The notes beneath the pieces were generated by a model. That model saw only the letters and a program-made list of their open reading frames with translations. It made no database searches and was not told the DNA's origin. 64,000 bases of DNA from Pseudomonadota bacterium. GTDB taxonomy: Bacteria > Pseudomonadota > Alphaproteobacteria > Rhizobiales > Devosiaceae. This document shows positions 48,584 to 58,177 of this stretch, in pieces; within the stretch, counting starts at the first letter, position 1; every line of letters begins with the position of its first letter. The stretch covers positions 40,485 through 104,484 of the forward strand of contig JAEWGT010000015.1 in assembly GCA_023388175.1 (NCBI GenBank). Reading direction: 5' to 3'. Made by a program: the position numbers and the translations under genes.

Positions 48584-49819
48584 ATGACAAAAACTGCCAT
48601 AGAACACTCTCGAACCGGTACTTCTCCCTGGACGCACTTTACGTCCTGGCTGGTGGACGCCATCGGTTTTCGCCTGATCGGCAAGCCCGCTCGTGGCTCG
48701 CTGACCGTGATTTTCCCCAACGGGCACACCCGCACGGTTGGCCAGCCCAATACCGGCGAACACGCCACGCTGCGCCTCAACAATTTCAAGGTTCTCAACG
48801 AGGCCATGCAGCGGGGCACTGTGGGCTTTTCAGCGGCCTATATGAATGGCGATATCGAGGTGGACGACCTGACGGCCCTGTTCCGCTTCTTTCTGCAGAA
48901 CCGCGACATGTTCGATAACGCCAACAAGGGTTTCTTTCATCGCGCGGCTTCGGACCTGCACTACCACGTGTCCCGCCGCAACACGCTGGAAGGCTCCAAG
49001 AAGAACATCGCCGAACATTACGACCTCGGCAACGATTTCTATGGCCAGTGGCTCGACCCATCCATGACCTATTCCTCGGCGGTGTTCACTTCGGGTGACC
49101 AGAGCCTTGAGGAAGCGCAACTGGCAAAATACCGCCGAGTGGCGGATATGGCCGGCATCAAGGAAGGCTCATCGGTCCTCGAGATCGGGTGTGGCTGGGG
49201 CGGCTTCGCAGAGACTGTTGCCCGCGATTACAAGGCGAATCTGCGCGGCATCACGCTTTCCGCCGAACAGCTGAAATTCGGGCTCGAGCGCCTAAAGCGG
49301 CAGGGGCTGGATAACTACGCCAAACTGGTATTCGAAGATTATCGGCATACGGAAGGCCAGTTTGATCATATCGGATCGATCGAGATGATCGAGGCCGTGG
49401 GCGAAGACAATTGGCCCAGCTACTTCCAGACCCTGCACGACCGGCTGAAGCCCGGCGGCACGGCCGCAATTCAGGCGATCACCATTCACGAGGATGATTT
49501 CGAAGACTATCGCTCCGGTCCCGACTTCATTCAGCGCTACATTTTCCCCGGCGGCATGCTGCTCACCAAAAGCGTGATGCAGGAGTTTGGCGACCGCTTT
49601 GGCCTGGTTCTGGAAAATGTCGAGACGTTCGGGCTGTCTTATGCCCGCACCCTGCGGCTCTGGCGCGAGCGCTTCCTCGAACGTTGGCCGATGATTGCGC
49701 CGCTGGGCTATGACGAACAGTTCCGTCGCAAGTGGGTTTACTATCTCTCATATTGCGAGGCCGGCTTTACCGAAGGCACCATCGATGTCGGCATTTATCA
49801 GTATCGCCGGCCTGTGTGA
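48584..49819 (+). CDS. Cyclopropane-fatty-acyl-phospholipid synthase family SAM-dependent methyltransferase
   Basis: NIAEHYDLGNDFY, SMTYSSA, VLEIGCGWGG, SIEMIEAVG, FIQRYIFPGG, YYLSYCEAGF. Confidence 0.93.
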   Translation: MTKTAIEHSRTGTSPWTHFTSWLVDAIGFRLIGKPARGSLTVIFPNGHTRTVGQPNTGEHATLRLNNFKVLNEAMQRGTVGFSAAYMNGDIEVDDLTALFRFFLQNRDMFDNANKGFFHRAASDLHYHVSRRNTLEGSKKNIAEHYDLGNDFYGQWLDPSMTYSSAVFTSGDQSLEEAQLAKYRRVADMAGIKEGSSVLEIGCGWGGFAETVARDYKANLRGITLSAEQLKFGLERLKRQGLDNYAKLVFEDYRHTEGQFDHIGSIEMIEAVGEDNWPSYFQTLHDRLKPGGTAAIQAITIHEDDFEDYRSGPDFIQRYIFPGGMLLTKSVMQEFGDRFGLVLENVETFGLSYARTLRLWRERFLERWPMIAPLGYDEQFRRKWVYYLSYCEAGFTEGTIDVGIYQYRRPV

Positions 49820-49826
49820 CGCACAT

Positions 49827-49852
49827 ACCCGCTCCCAGATGTGGGAGCGGGT
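49827..49852. terminator. Stem-loop after the cfa-like gene
   Basis: ACCCGCTCCCA-GATG-TGGGAGCGGGT. Confidence 0.55.
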
Positions 49853-49914
49853 GCCTCACTTGAAACCCATATGAACTTAATTTCCGCCCGTTCTGCACCT
49901 CACATTTGATAACA

Positions 49915-49929
49915 TGACTTGACCGCTCA
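49915..49929. promoter_or_regulatory. IRO box (RirA-type iron operator)
   Basis: TGA-CTTGACCGC-TCA, preceded by the same TAACA as the 41867 site. Confidence 0.62.
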
Positions 49930-49978
49930 CATTACGAGGGCTAGGGATCGGCAAATCCCAAACCTGACGGTCAGAACC

Positions 49979-50923
49979 ATGTTTCGCATCGCCGCTATCG
50001 CCCTTTCTCTTCTTGCCACAACTGCGCTGCCGGCCTTCGCCGAAAGCTGGACCTATACGGGCGGCGACGGGGAAACGGTGAGCCTGGATGAGGTGCCGGT
50101 CCGCATCATTGCTCATCAGGACGCTGCTGCCGGGCTTATCCCCCTGGGCATTCGTCCGGTCGCCATCTATGCCGATAGCCTCGTGGCCGACGCAAAGGCG
50201 TTGCAGGGCCTTGATCTCACCGGCATCGAGATTCTCAGCGAGACCTGGGGCGAAGTGGACATTGAAAAGGCAGCAGCGCTCGATCCAGACCTGATCGTTG
50301 CCGAATTCTGGCCGCTCGAAAGCTCCTGGAGCGGCGGCCAGGATGTCGGCGTTGCGCTCAGCGCCATTGCGCCGGTCACCGGTCCGGTGCAGGGCGCTTC
50401 TATTCTGACCCTTATCGAGGACTACGAAACCCTGGCCGGCAGCCTAGGGGCCGACCTGTCCGCGCCTTCCGTGGCGGCAGACAAGGCTGCTTTCGCGACT
50501 GCGCTGACCCAGTTCAAAGCCGCCGTTGCTACCAAGCCCGACCTGACGGCCCTGGCCGTATGGGCGGGGGCCGACGCCCTCTACGTTGCCGCGACTGCCG
50601 GCGCCTCCGAGTTGATGGATTTCGCCGCCTGGGGCCTCAAGCTCATCGAGCCCGAAGTGGCCGATGATCGCGGCTATTGGGAAACCTTGTCCTGGGAACT
50701 GGCAGACAAGTATCAGCCTGACTTGATCTTGGTCGACAATCGCTCGGAAGCGACCATGCAAACTGCGCTGGACCAGCCCACCTGGATCCTGATGAAAGCA
50801 GCCGAGGCCGGGCAGGTGGCCGACTGGCCGGCTTTCTGGATGCGCAACTACGCCGCCTATGCGCGCGAGCTCGGCAAGCTGACCGTGGCCATCAACGCCG
50901 CTGACGAAAACCTCGCGCCCTGA
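49979..50923 (+). CDS. Iron-siderophore ABC transporter substrate-binding protein
   Basis: Signal peptide, PVRIIA, DIEKAAALDPDLIV, WETLSWELADKYQPDLILVDNRS; first gene of a FecCD operon. Confidence 0.88.
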   Translation: MFRIAAIALSLLATTALPAFAESWTYTGGDGETVSLDEVPVRIIAHQDAAAGLIPLGIRPVAIYADSLVADAKALQGLDLTGIEILSETWGEVDIEKAAALDPDLIVAEFWPLESSWSGGQDVGVALSAIAPVTGPVQGASILTLIEDYETLAGSLGADLSAPSVAADKAAFATALTQFKAAVATKPDLTALAVWAGADALYVAATAGASELMDFAAWGLKLIEPEVADDRGYWETLSWELADKYQPDLILVDNRSEATMQTALDQPTWILMKAAEAGQVADWPAFWMRNYAAYARELGKLTVAINAADENLAP

Positions 50924-50931
50924 TCTGCTCC

Positions 50932-51960
50932 ATGGCGGCTCCGGTTTCGGATAGAAAGCACAAGGCGGCCCGGCTGACGCTGGGACTCCTTGTGCTGACT
51001 GCGTCTCTCGTGGCGATCGCATTGCTGTCGCTGACAACGGGCGCAAGGGCCATTCCGGCTTCATCGGTATGGCAGGCGCTTGTCGCTTTTGATCCATCCA
51101 TGACCGAACACCGCATCATCTGGGATTTGCGTCTGCCCCGCACGATAGTTGGCCTCTTGGTCGGCGCTGCATTGGGCCTGTCCGGGGCAGTGCTTCAGGG
51201 CGCCACGCGCAATCCGCTGGCCGACCCGTCAATTCTCGGCATCAATGCCGGCGCAGCGCTTGCCGTAGTGTTGGGCGTTGCCTTTCTCGGCATGGCGCAG
51301 CTGTCCTCATATGTGTGGCTCGCCTTTATTGGGGCAGCGGCCGCCATGCTGGTTGTCTATTCAGTCGCTTCCCTAGGCCGCGAAGGCGCGACGCCGGTCA
51401 AGCTGGCGCTCGCTGGTGCGGCCATAACTGCCGTGCTGCAATCAATCATCAGCGCCATCCTGCTGACCAGCCCGCGGACACTCGACGAGGTCCGCTTCTG
51501 GCAGGTGGGCTCGCTCGCCGGGCGCAGCATCGATATCGTTATGCAGGTCGCGCCATTTCTTGCCATTGGCGTAGTGCTGGCGCTCGCCACCGCGCGCCTG
51601 CTTGACGGCCTTTCCATGGGGGACGATGTGGCCAAGGCGCTGGGCCAGCGCATCGGACTGTCGCGCGGCCTTGCGGGCGCTGCCGCAGTGATACTGGCCG
51701 GCTCCGCCACGGCTGCCGCCGGTCCGATCGCCTTTGTCGGTCTCACCGTACCCCACGTCGCCCGTGCGATCACCGGCCCGGGCTACCGCTGGATACTGCC
51801 CTATTCCATGCTGATGGCGCCCATCCTGCTGCTGGGTGCCGATATCGTCGGTCGCATCATTTCCCCTCCGGGTGAAGTACAGGTCGGCATTGTCACTGCG
51901 TTTATCGGCGCGCCCTTTTTCATCGCGCTGGTGCGCCGTCGCAAACTGGCGGCGCTATGA
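50932..51960 (+). CDS. Iron ABC transporter permease (FecCD family)
   Basis: LRLPRT, QGATRNPLADPSILG, GPIAFVGLTVPH. Confidence 0.95.
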   Translation: MAAPVSDRKHKAARLTLGLLVLTASLVAIALLSLTTGARAIPASSVWQALVAFDPSMTEHRIIWDLRLPRTIVGLLVGAALGLSGAVLQGATRNPLADPSILGINAGAALAVVLGVAFLGMAQLSSYVWLAFIGAAAAMLVVYSVASLGREGATPVKLALAGAAITAVLQSIISAILLTSPRTLDEVRFWQVGSLAGRSIDIVMQVAPFLAIGVVLALATARLLDGLSMGDDVAKALGQRIGLSRGLAGAAAVILAGSATAAAGPIAFVGLTVPHVARAITGPGYRWILPYSMLMAPILLLGADIVGRIISPPGEVQVGIVTAFIGAPFFIALVRRRKLAAL

Positions 51961-53009
51961 CGGTCAATCTCGATACCGCCCCCATTCTTCTGAGCAGAGA
52001 GCGCTCAGCCTCCCGCCGCCGCCAGGTTGCGCTTGCGCTGACTTTCGGCCTCGTTATCGCCTTTGCCGTCGCGCTCTATCTGGGCGACTATCCCGTATCT
52101 GTGGAAGGCGTCGTGCGATCCCTGTTTTCGCCCCTTACCGGCCTCACCGATCGGGGAGTCGATTTTATCGTCCTTCAGGTGCGCCTGCCGCGTGCCACGC
52201 TGGCGGTTCTGTCCGGCGCAGCTTTTGCGCTGGCCGGAATCACTTTCCAAACTCTTTTGCGTAACCCATTGGCCAGTCCCGATATTATCGGGATTGCCCA
52301 TGGTGCCAGCGCTGCGGCGGTATTTTGCATCATCATCCTGGGCTGGAGCGGCCTGGCAGTGTCCTTTGGGGCTTTCGCGGGTGCCGTCGGGACAGCGCTC
52401 GCCATTTATGTCCTCGCCTGGCGCAATGGCGTGACGGCCTATCGGGTCGTTCTCATCGGCATTGGCATGGCCGCCATGCTGGCCGCGGTTATTTCCTATC
52501 TCTTCACCCGAGCGCGCCTGACCGAGGTGCAGCAGGCCATGGCCTGGCTGGTCGGCAGCCTCAATGCCTCGCGCCCCGGCGATGTCTTCGTGCTTGGCGG
52601 CGCCATGCTGGTTCTCGTCCCTGCCATGATCGCATTGTTGCGCGGTCTCGATGCGATAGAACTCGGCGACGACACCGCCCGCTCGCTGGGCGCCAGGGTC
52701 GAGTTTACCCGTCTGGGGCTCATGCTGGTCGCGGTAGGATTTGCCGCCTTCGCCACGGCAGCGGTCGGTCCAGTCGGTTTTGTTGCCTTTGTCTCCGGTC
52801 CATTGGCCCGCACTTTGCTCAAAGGCGCGGGGCGAGGCTTTCCGCAGGCCGCGCTTGTCGGCGCCCTTGTCATGCTGGTGTCGGATCTGATCGCCCAGCA
52901 CATGCTGCCCAACACGCAATTGCCCGTTGGCGTCGTCACCGGCGCGTGCGGTGCGCTCTTCCTGATATGGCTGCTGATGGCCTCCGGCCGATCCGGCCGC
53001 GTAAACTGA
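51957..53009 (+). CDS. Iron ABC transporter permease (FecCD family)
   Basis: VRLPRA, FQTLLRNPLASPDIIG, GPVGFVA, LPVGVVTG. Confidence 0.95.
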   Translation: MTVNLDTAPILLSRERSASRRRQVALALTFGLVIAFAVALYLGDYPVSVEGVVRSLFSPLTGLTDRGVDFIVLQVRLPRATLAVLSGAAFALAGITFQTLLRNPLASPDIIGIAHGASAAAVFCIIILGWSGLAVSFGAFAGAVGTALAIYVLAWRNGVTAYRVVLIGIGMAAMLAAVISYLFTRARLTEVQQAMAWLVGSLNASRPGDVFVLGGAMLVLVPAMIALLRGLDAIELGDDTARSLGARVEFTRLGLMLVAVGFAAFATAAVGPVGFVAFVSGPLARTLLKGAGRGFPQAALVGALVMLVSDLIAQHMLPNTQLPVGVVTGACGALFLIWLLMASGRSGRVN

Positions 53010-53025
53010 TCGGAGGCACCAAGGC

Positions 53026-53838
53026 ATGTCCACCTGCCACCAACTCATGGCCGCAGGCCTCGACCTCGGCTATGGCGACCGCAAGATTGTGTCGGCGCTC
53101 GATCTGACGGTGCCGGCCGGCAAGCTGACGGTGATTGTCGGCGCCAATGCCTGTGGCAAGTCCACGCTTTTGCGCGGGCTTGCCCGCCTGCTGACCCCGA
53201 CAAAGGGCGCCGTCTATCTCGATGGCAAGCCGATCCACCAGATGCCGACGCGCGAAGTGGCGACGATCCTTGGCGTGTTGCCCCAAAGCCCAATCGCCCC
53301 CGACGCCATCACGGTGACAGACCTGGTTGGGCGGGGCCGCTACCCGCATCAGGGCTGGTTTCGGCGCTGGACGCCGGAGGATGACGCGGCCGTCGCCCAG
53401 GCGCTAGCCGCCACCGACACGCTCGAACTGGCCGACCGCCCTGTCGGTGAATTGTCCGGTGGGCAGCGCCAGCGCGTCTGGATCGCCATGGCTCTGGCGC
53501 AGGAAACCGACCTGCTGCTGCTCGACGAGCCTACTACCTTCCTCGACATCAACCATCAGGTCGAAGTCCTTGATCTGCTGACCGATCTGGTCAAGACCAA
53601 CGGTCGCACGGTGGTTGTCGTGTTGCACGACCTGAACCTTGCCTGTCGCTATGCCGATCATATCGTCGCCATGAAGTCCGGTCGTATTCTCGCCGAGGGT
53701 GCGCCGGTGGAAGTCGTCACCGAAGCCGTGGTCAAAGACGCCTTCGGCATGACATCGCGCGTGGTCGTCGATCCGGTGTCTAACACCCCAATGATCGTGC
53801 CCATTGGGCGCCATCACGTCGAGCCGGCTATCGCTTAG
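53026..53838 (+). CDS. Iron-siderophore ABC transporter ATP-binding protein (FepC/FhuC-like)
   Basis: [43 protein letters not shown]. Confidence 0.96.
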   Translation: MSTCHQLMAAGLDLGYGDRKIVSALDLTVPAGKLTVIVGANACGKSTLLRGLARLLTPTKGAVYLDGKPIHQMPTREVATILGVLPQSPIAPDAITVTDLVGRGRYPHQGWFRRWTPEDDAAVAQALAATDTLELADRPVGELSGGQRQRVWIAMALAQETDLLLLDEPTTFLDINHQVEVLDLLTDLVKTNGRTVVVVLHDLNLACRYADHIVAMKSGRILAEGAPVEVVTEAVVKDAFGMTSRVVVDPVSNTPMIVPIGRHHVEPAIA

Positions 53839-53944
53839 TTGGGCAGGCAGCACAGCGGCTGGCCGCCGGTCAGCACAGTGCTTTGCGCACAGGCCGGCAT
53901 TGATCACCTGATGGCGTCTTTGACCTGGCCTGTGCGGCTGGGAT

Positions 53945-54280
53945 CTAGTGACTGATCATCCACGGGCGCGCCGAGGGAAATGATTTCGATCCGTCCGGGC
54001 GCACCAGCGTTGAGCGGCCTTTCTTGGTGCCATTGCTGCAACAGGAACATCCCGGCCCATGGGCCGAGCCGCCCCTTCTGGGTTCATGCCGCGCCTTTTC
54101 GTTGGTGGCGTGGGCACTGCGCCGTGCCGGGTCCATTCCGGCGATAAAGGGCACCGAGAAGAACGCCCGCGATGCGGGTTTTCCACATTCGGGGCAAGCG
54201 CAGGGTTCTGCCGAAAGCGCCATGGGACGCATGGCTGTGAACGGCCCGCAATCGCTGCACTGATAGTCGTAGATGGCCAT
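53945..54280 (-). CDS. fmdB: FmdB-family zinc-ribbon protein
   Basis: MAIYDYQCSDCG...CPECG, HGPGCSCC, terminal RPWMISH; directly after formamidase. Confidence 0.9.
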   Translation of the reverse strand: MAIYDYQCSDCGPFTAMRPMALSAEPCACPECGKPASRAFFSVPFIAGMDPARRSAHATNEKARHEPRRGGSAHGPGCSCCSNGTKKGRSTLVRPDGSKSFPSARPWMISH

Positions 54281-54289
54281 GCACGCCTC

Positions 54290-55519
54290 CTAGAGATCGG
54301 GTGCGATAGGCATGTCGATGGAGCCATCGAGATGCTTTTTCGGTCCGTCTGAGCCCGGCATGATGTCGAACTCGAAAATATCGGTGGGCAACCAGAGCGT
54401 GGCGCAGGCATTGGGAATATCGACGACCCCCGACACATGGCCCTGCACAGGCGCGGTGCCGAGAATGGAATAGGCCTGTGCGCCCGAGTAGCCGAACTTC
54501 TTGAGATATTCGATGGCGTTGAGGCAGGCCTGTCGATAGGCCGTGGTGACGTCCAGATAATGCTGCGTGCCGCTTTCATCGACGGAAATGCCCTCGAAGA
54601 TCAGGTAGTCGTCATACTTCGGCGCCATGGGCGAGGGGCGGAAGATCGGGTTCTTGATCCCATACTTGGCCATGCCGTCCTTGATCAGGCTGACCTTGAT
54701 ATGCAGCCACCCCGCCATTTCGATGGCGCCGCAGAAGGTAATTTCGCCATCGCCCTGGCTGAAATGCAGGTCCCCCATGGAGAGGCCTGCGCCATCCACA
54801 TAGACAGGGAAATAGACCTTGGAGCCGCGCGAAAGATCCTTGATGTCACAATTGCCGCCATGTTCACGTGGAGGGACGGTGCGGGCGCCAGTCGCGGCGG
54901 CCTTGTCGAAGGCTTCGCCCTTGAGCGGACCCATATGGGCGGCATTGACCTCAGGGAGCTTGGCGAGGGAAGGCACCCGATTGGGATCGGTGTCGTTGAG
55001 CTTTTTCTCACGCGTGTTCCACAGGTCGAGCATCTTGTGATCGGGCAGGCAACCGATCAGGCCGGGGTGGATGAGGCCAGCATATTTGACGCCAGGGACA
55101 TGGCGGGACTCGGTAAACATGCCCTTGAAATCCCAGATGGATTTCTGGGCGCTCGGGAAGTGCTGATCGAGAAAGCCGCCGCCATTGTTGAGCGAGAAGA
55201 AGCCGTTGAAGCCCCAGAGCGAACTTTCGAAGGCACCGATGTCGAGAATGTCGACCACCAGCAGATCGCCCGGCTGCGCGCCCTTGACCCCGATGGGGCC
55301 TGACAGGAAATGCACCTGGTTGAGATCGACATCACGCACGTCAGCGGCGCTGTCATCGTTCTTGATCTGCCCGCCGGTCCAGTCATAGGTCTCAATTTTG
55401 AAATCGTCGCCCGGCTCGACCCAGCACGCCATGGGAATGTCGGGGTGCCAGCGGTTGTGGATTTTCTCGTTGCTATAGGGGCTTTCGTTGAGATCGACCT
55501 TGATGAGAGTGTCAGTCAT
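54290..55519 (-). CDS. fmdA: Formamidase (FmdA/AmdA family)
   Basis: HNRWHPDIP, DWTGGQI, PPREHGGNCDIKDL, GDLHFSQGDGE, DIPNAC. Confidence 0.95.
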   Translation of the reverse strand: MTDTLIKVDLNESPYSNEKIHNRWHPDIPMACWVEPGDDFKIETYDWTGGQIKNDDSAADVRDVDLNQVHFLSGPIGVKGAQPGDLLVVDILDIGAFESSLWGFNGFFSLNNGGGFLDQHFPSAQKSIWDFKGMFTESRHVPGVKYAGLIHPGLIGCLPDHKMLDLWNTREKKLNDTDPNRVPSLAKLPEVNAAHMGPLKGEAFDKAAATGARTVPPREHGGNCDIKDLSRGSKVYFPVYVDGAGLSMGDLHFSQGDGEITFCGAIEMAGWLHIKVSLIKDGMAKYGIKNPIFRPSPMAPKYDDYLIFEGISVDESGTQHYLDVTTAYRQACLNAIEYLKKFGYSGAQAYSILGTAPVQGHVSGVVDIPNACATLWLPTDIFEFDIMPGSDGPKKHLDGSIDMPIAPDL

Positions 55520-55543
55520 TTCAATCCTCGTTGGCGGTTGGTG

Positions 55544-56233
55544 TTAGACGGAGAGGAAGGACGAGACTTTTGCCTCGTCGATGCCGGCGCGCGGGCTTTC
55601 ATGGACGAATTCGCCGTTTTCGATGACCAGCACGCGGTCTGCGATATCGAGCGCGAAGCTCAGGACCTGTTCGGAGACGACGATGGAAAGGCCCTTCTCG
55701 TCGCGGATGCGACGCAGCGTGCGCGCCATTTCCTTGATGATCGAGGGCTGGATGCCTTCGGTTGGTTCGTCGAGCAGCAGCACTTTGGGGCGCGAGGCCA
55801 AGGCCCTGGCGATGGCAAGCTGCTGTTGCTGCCCGCCGGAGAGATTGCCTCCCCGTCTGCTTTTCATTTCAAGCAGGACCGGGAAGAGTTCGTAGAGATC
55901 GCCCGGCACGTCCCTTTCGCCGGTGACAGTAAGGCCGGTCTCGATGTTTTCCTTGACCGTCATGGTCGAAAAGATCATGCGGCCCTGCGGCACGTAAGAG
56001 AGACCGGACTTCACCCGGTTGAAGCTCTCGGCCGTTTCCACCTCATTGCCATCAACGCGGATCATGCCGCTTTTCGAGGGAACGATGCCCATCAGCGATT
56101 TCATGAGCGTGGTCTTGCCCATGCCGTTGCGACCCATGATGGCAACGATTTCGCCCGGCGCGACATCGAGTGAGACGCCGTGGATTACCTCGCTCTGGCC
56201 GTAGGAAACGCGAAGATTTTCGATTGCGAGCAT
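55544..56233 (-). CDS. urtE: Urea/amide ABC transporter ATP-binding protein
   Basis: GRNGMGKTT, LSGGQQQQLAIARAL, DEPTEGIQPSII. Confidence 0.93.
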   Translation of the reverse strand: MLAIENLRVSYGQSEVIHGVSLDVAPGEIVAIMGRNGMGKTTLMKSLMGIVPSKSGMIRVDGNEVETAESFNRVKSGLSYVPQGRMIFSTMTVKENIETGLTVTGERDVPGDLYELFPVLLEMKSRRGGNLSGGQQQQLAIARALASRPKVLLLDEPTEGIQPSIIKEMARTLRRIRDEKGLSIVVSEQVLSFALDIADRVLVIENGEFVHESPRAGIDEAKVSSFLSV

Positions 56234-56243
56234 GATGCGCCTC

Positions 56244-57005
56244 CTAATGCCCGAGATAGACTTCGACGACCTTGGGGTCGTGCTGGACGTGGTCCATCGA
56301 GCCTTCCGAAAGCACCTTGCCCTGGTGCAGCACGGTGACCCGGTGGGCGATGTCCTCGACGAATTTCATGTCGTGCTCGATGACGATTACCGAGTGGCGC
56401 TTGATGATCGTGTTGAGCAGTTCCGCCGTCTTGATGCGTTCGGCCACGCTCATGCCGGCGACAGGTTCATCCAGCATCAAAAGATCAGGCTTCTGGATCA
56501 GCAGCATGCCGATTTCCAGCCACTGCTTCTGCCCATGGCTGAGGATGGCGGCCTCTGTGTCGAGATGATCCTTCAGAAAGATCATCTCGGCGATTTCTTC
56601 CACCCGCTCGATCACTTCCCGATCGCGGCGGAAGGCGAGAGCGCCCCATACATTTTTGCCGCGCGGGAAGGAGAGTTCGAGATTTTCAAAGACGGTCAGG
56701 TCTTCGTAGATCGAGGGGTTCTGGAATTTCCGACCGACGCCGGTATGGACGATCTGGTGCTCCTTCATCGTCGTCAGTTCCTTGCCGCGGAAGCGGATGG
56801 AGCCAGACGTGGCCTTGGTGCGGCCGCAGATGAGGTCGAGCACGGTGGTCTTGCCCGCACCATTGGGGCCGATGATCACACGAATTTCGTTTTCATCGAC
56901 ATAGAAGGACAGGTCGTTGACGGCCTTGAACCCGTCGAAGGAAACCGTGAGGCCCTCTACAGCGAGCAGAAATTCCTTGGGTGCCGTTGCGGCGTCGAAT
57001 GTCAT
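56244..57005 (-). CDS. urtD: Urea/amide ABC transporter ATP-binding protein
   Basis: VSFDGFKA, GPNGAGKTT, GRKFQ, LSHGQKQWLEIGM. Confidence 0.93.
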   Translation of the reverse strand: MTFDAATAPKEFLLAVEGLTVSFDGFKAVNDLSFYVDENEIRVIIGPNGAGKTTVLDLICGRTKATSGSIRFRGKELTTMKEHQIVHTGVGRKFQNPSIYEDLTVFENLELSFPRGKNVWGALAFRRDREVIERVEEIAEMIFLKDHLDTEAAILSHGQKQWLEIGMLLIQKPDLLMLDEPVAGMSVAERIKTAELLNTIIKRHSVIVIEHDMKFVEDIAHRVTVLHQGKVLSEGSMDHVQHDPKVVEVYLGH

Positions 57006-57014
57006 GGCTGGCTC

Positions 57015-58163
57015 CTATTCGGCGGCGGCTTCGGTCGCACTCGTTCTTGCGACAGGACTGGGGCGGAAGCGCTTGATCAGGCGTGTCAGCAACGGCTCCA
57101 CATGGCTTTTCCAGATGCCGGCAAGGCCATTGGGGAAGGCCATGACCACGGCGATGAACAGACCGCCCATGGCGAATAGCCAGAGTTCGGGAAAGCTCTC
57201 TGAAAAGGTGGTCTTGGCGTAGTTGACCAGCAGCGCGCCATAAACTGCGCCGAAGATCGAAAGCCGCCCGCCAACCGCGCAGAAAATGACCATCTCGATC
57301 GACGGCACGATGCCGACGAAGGAGGGCGACATGAACCCGACCTGCAGGGCAAACATGGCCCCGCCAATGGCAGAGAAGGCGGCGGCAAGGCAGAAGACGA
57401 AGATCTTGAAATTGGCCACGTCATAGCCCGAGAAGCGCACGCGGTCTTCCTTGTCGCGCATGGCGATCAGCAGGCGTCCGAATTTGGACCGCTTGACGAA
57501 GAGGGCGAGGAGAATGACGCCGAGCAGCAGGCCCGCATTGACGAAGTAGAGGATCAGCTTGGCACTGTCTGTGCGGATGTCCCAACCGAGCAGGGTACGC
57601 AGATCGGTCATGCCGTTGATGCCGCCGGTATAGCCCTGCTGTCCGACGATGAGGATGGTCAGGATGGCGGCGACGGCCTGCGTGATAATGGCGAAATAGA
57701 CCCCGCCCACCCGCCGTTTGAACATGGCGGCGCCGATGACATAGGCAAAGGCAGTGGGCACCAGCAGAATGGCAATCAGCGCTAGCGGGAAGGAATTGAG
57801 CGGCACCCACCACCAGGGCAGTTCGGTCACCTGGTTCCAATCCATGAAGTCGGGAATGCCGGGTGTGGACTGGATGGCGGTATTCTCTGGCGAAGAAGCC
57901 TCGAGCTTCAGGAACATCGCCATGCAGTAGCCGCCCAGGCCGAAGAAGATGCCCTGGCCCAGGCTCAGGATGCCGCCAAATCCCCAGCACAGCACGAGGC
58001 CGACCGCGACGAAGGCATAGGTCAGATACTTGCCCACCAGGTTAAGGCGGAAGATGTCGAGGGCCACCGGAAAGACGATGAGAATGAGGGCGGCCAGCGC
58101 GATGAAGGCGAGGGCGTCTTTGCCGAGCATTGTCCTTGGCGCAGCGGAAGTCTTTGCAGACAT
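57015..58163 (-). CDS. urtC: Urea/amide ABC transporter permease
   Basis: GKYLTYA, WGFGGILSLGQG, PDFMDW, RVGGVYFAIITQA. Confidence 0.93.
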   Translation of the reverse strand: MSAKTSAAPRTMLGKDALAFIALAALILIVFPVALDIFRLNLVGKYLTYAFVAVGLVLCWGFGGILSLGQGIFFGLGGYCMAMFLKLEASSPENTAIQSTPGIPDFMDWNQVTELPWWWVPLNSFPLALIAILLVPTAFAYVIGAAMFKRRVGGVYFAIITQAVAAILTILIVGQQGYTGGINGMTDLRTLLGWDIRTDSAKLILYFVNAGLLLGVILLALFVKRSKFGRLLIAMRDKEDRVRFSGYDVANFKIFVFCLAAAFSAIGGAMFALQVGFMSPSFVGIVPSIEMVIFCAVGGRLSIFGAVYGALLVNYAKTTFSESFPELWLFAMGGLFIAVVMAFPNGLAGIWKSHVEPLLTRLIKRFRPSPVARTSATEAAAE

Positions 58164-58177
58164 GAGACCGTCTCCTT

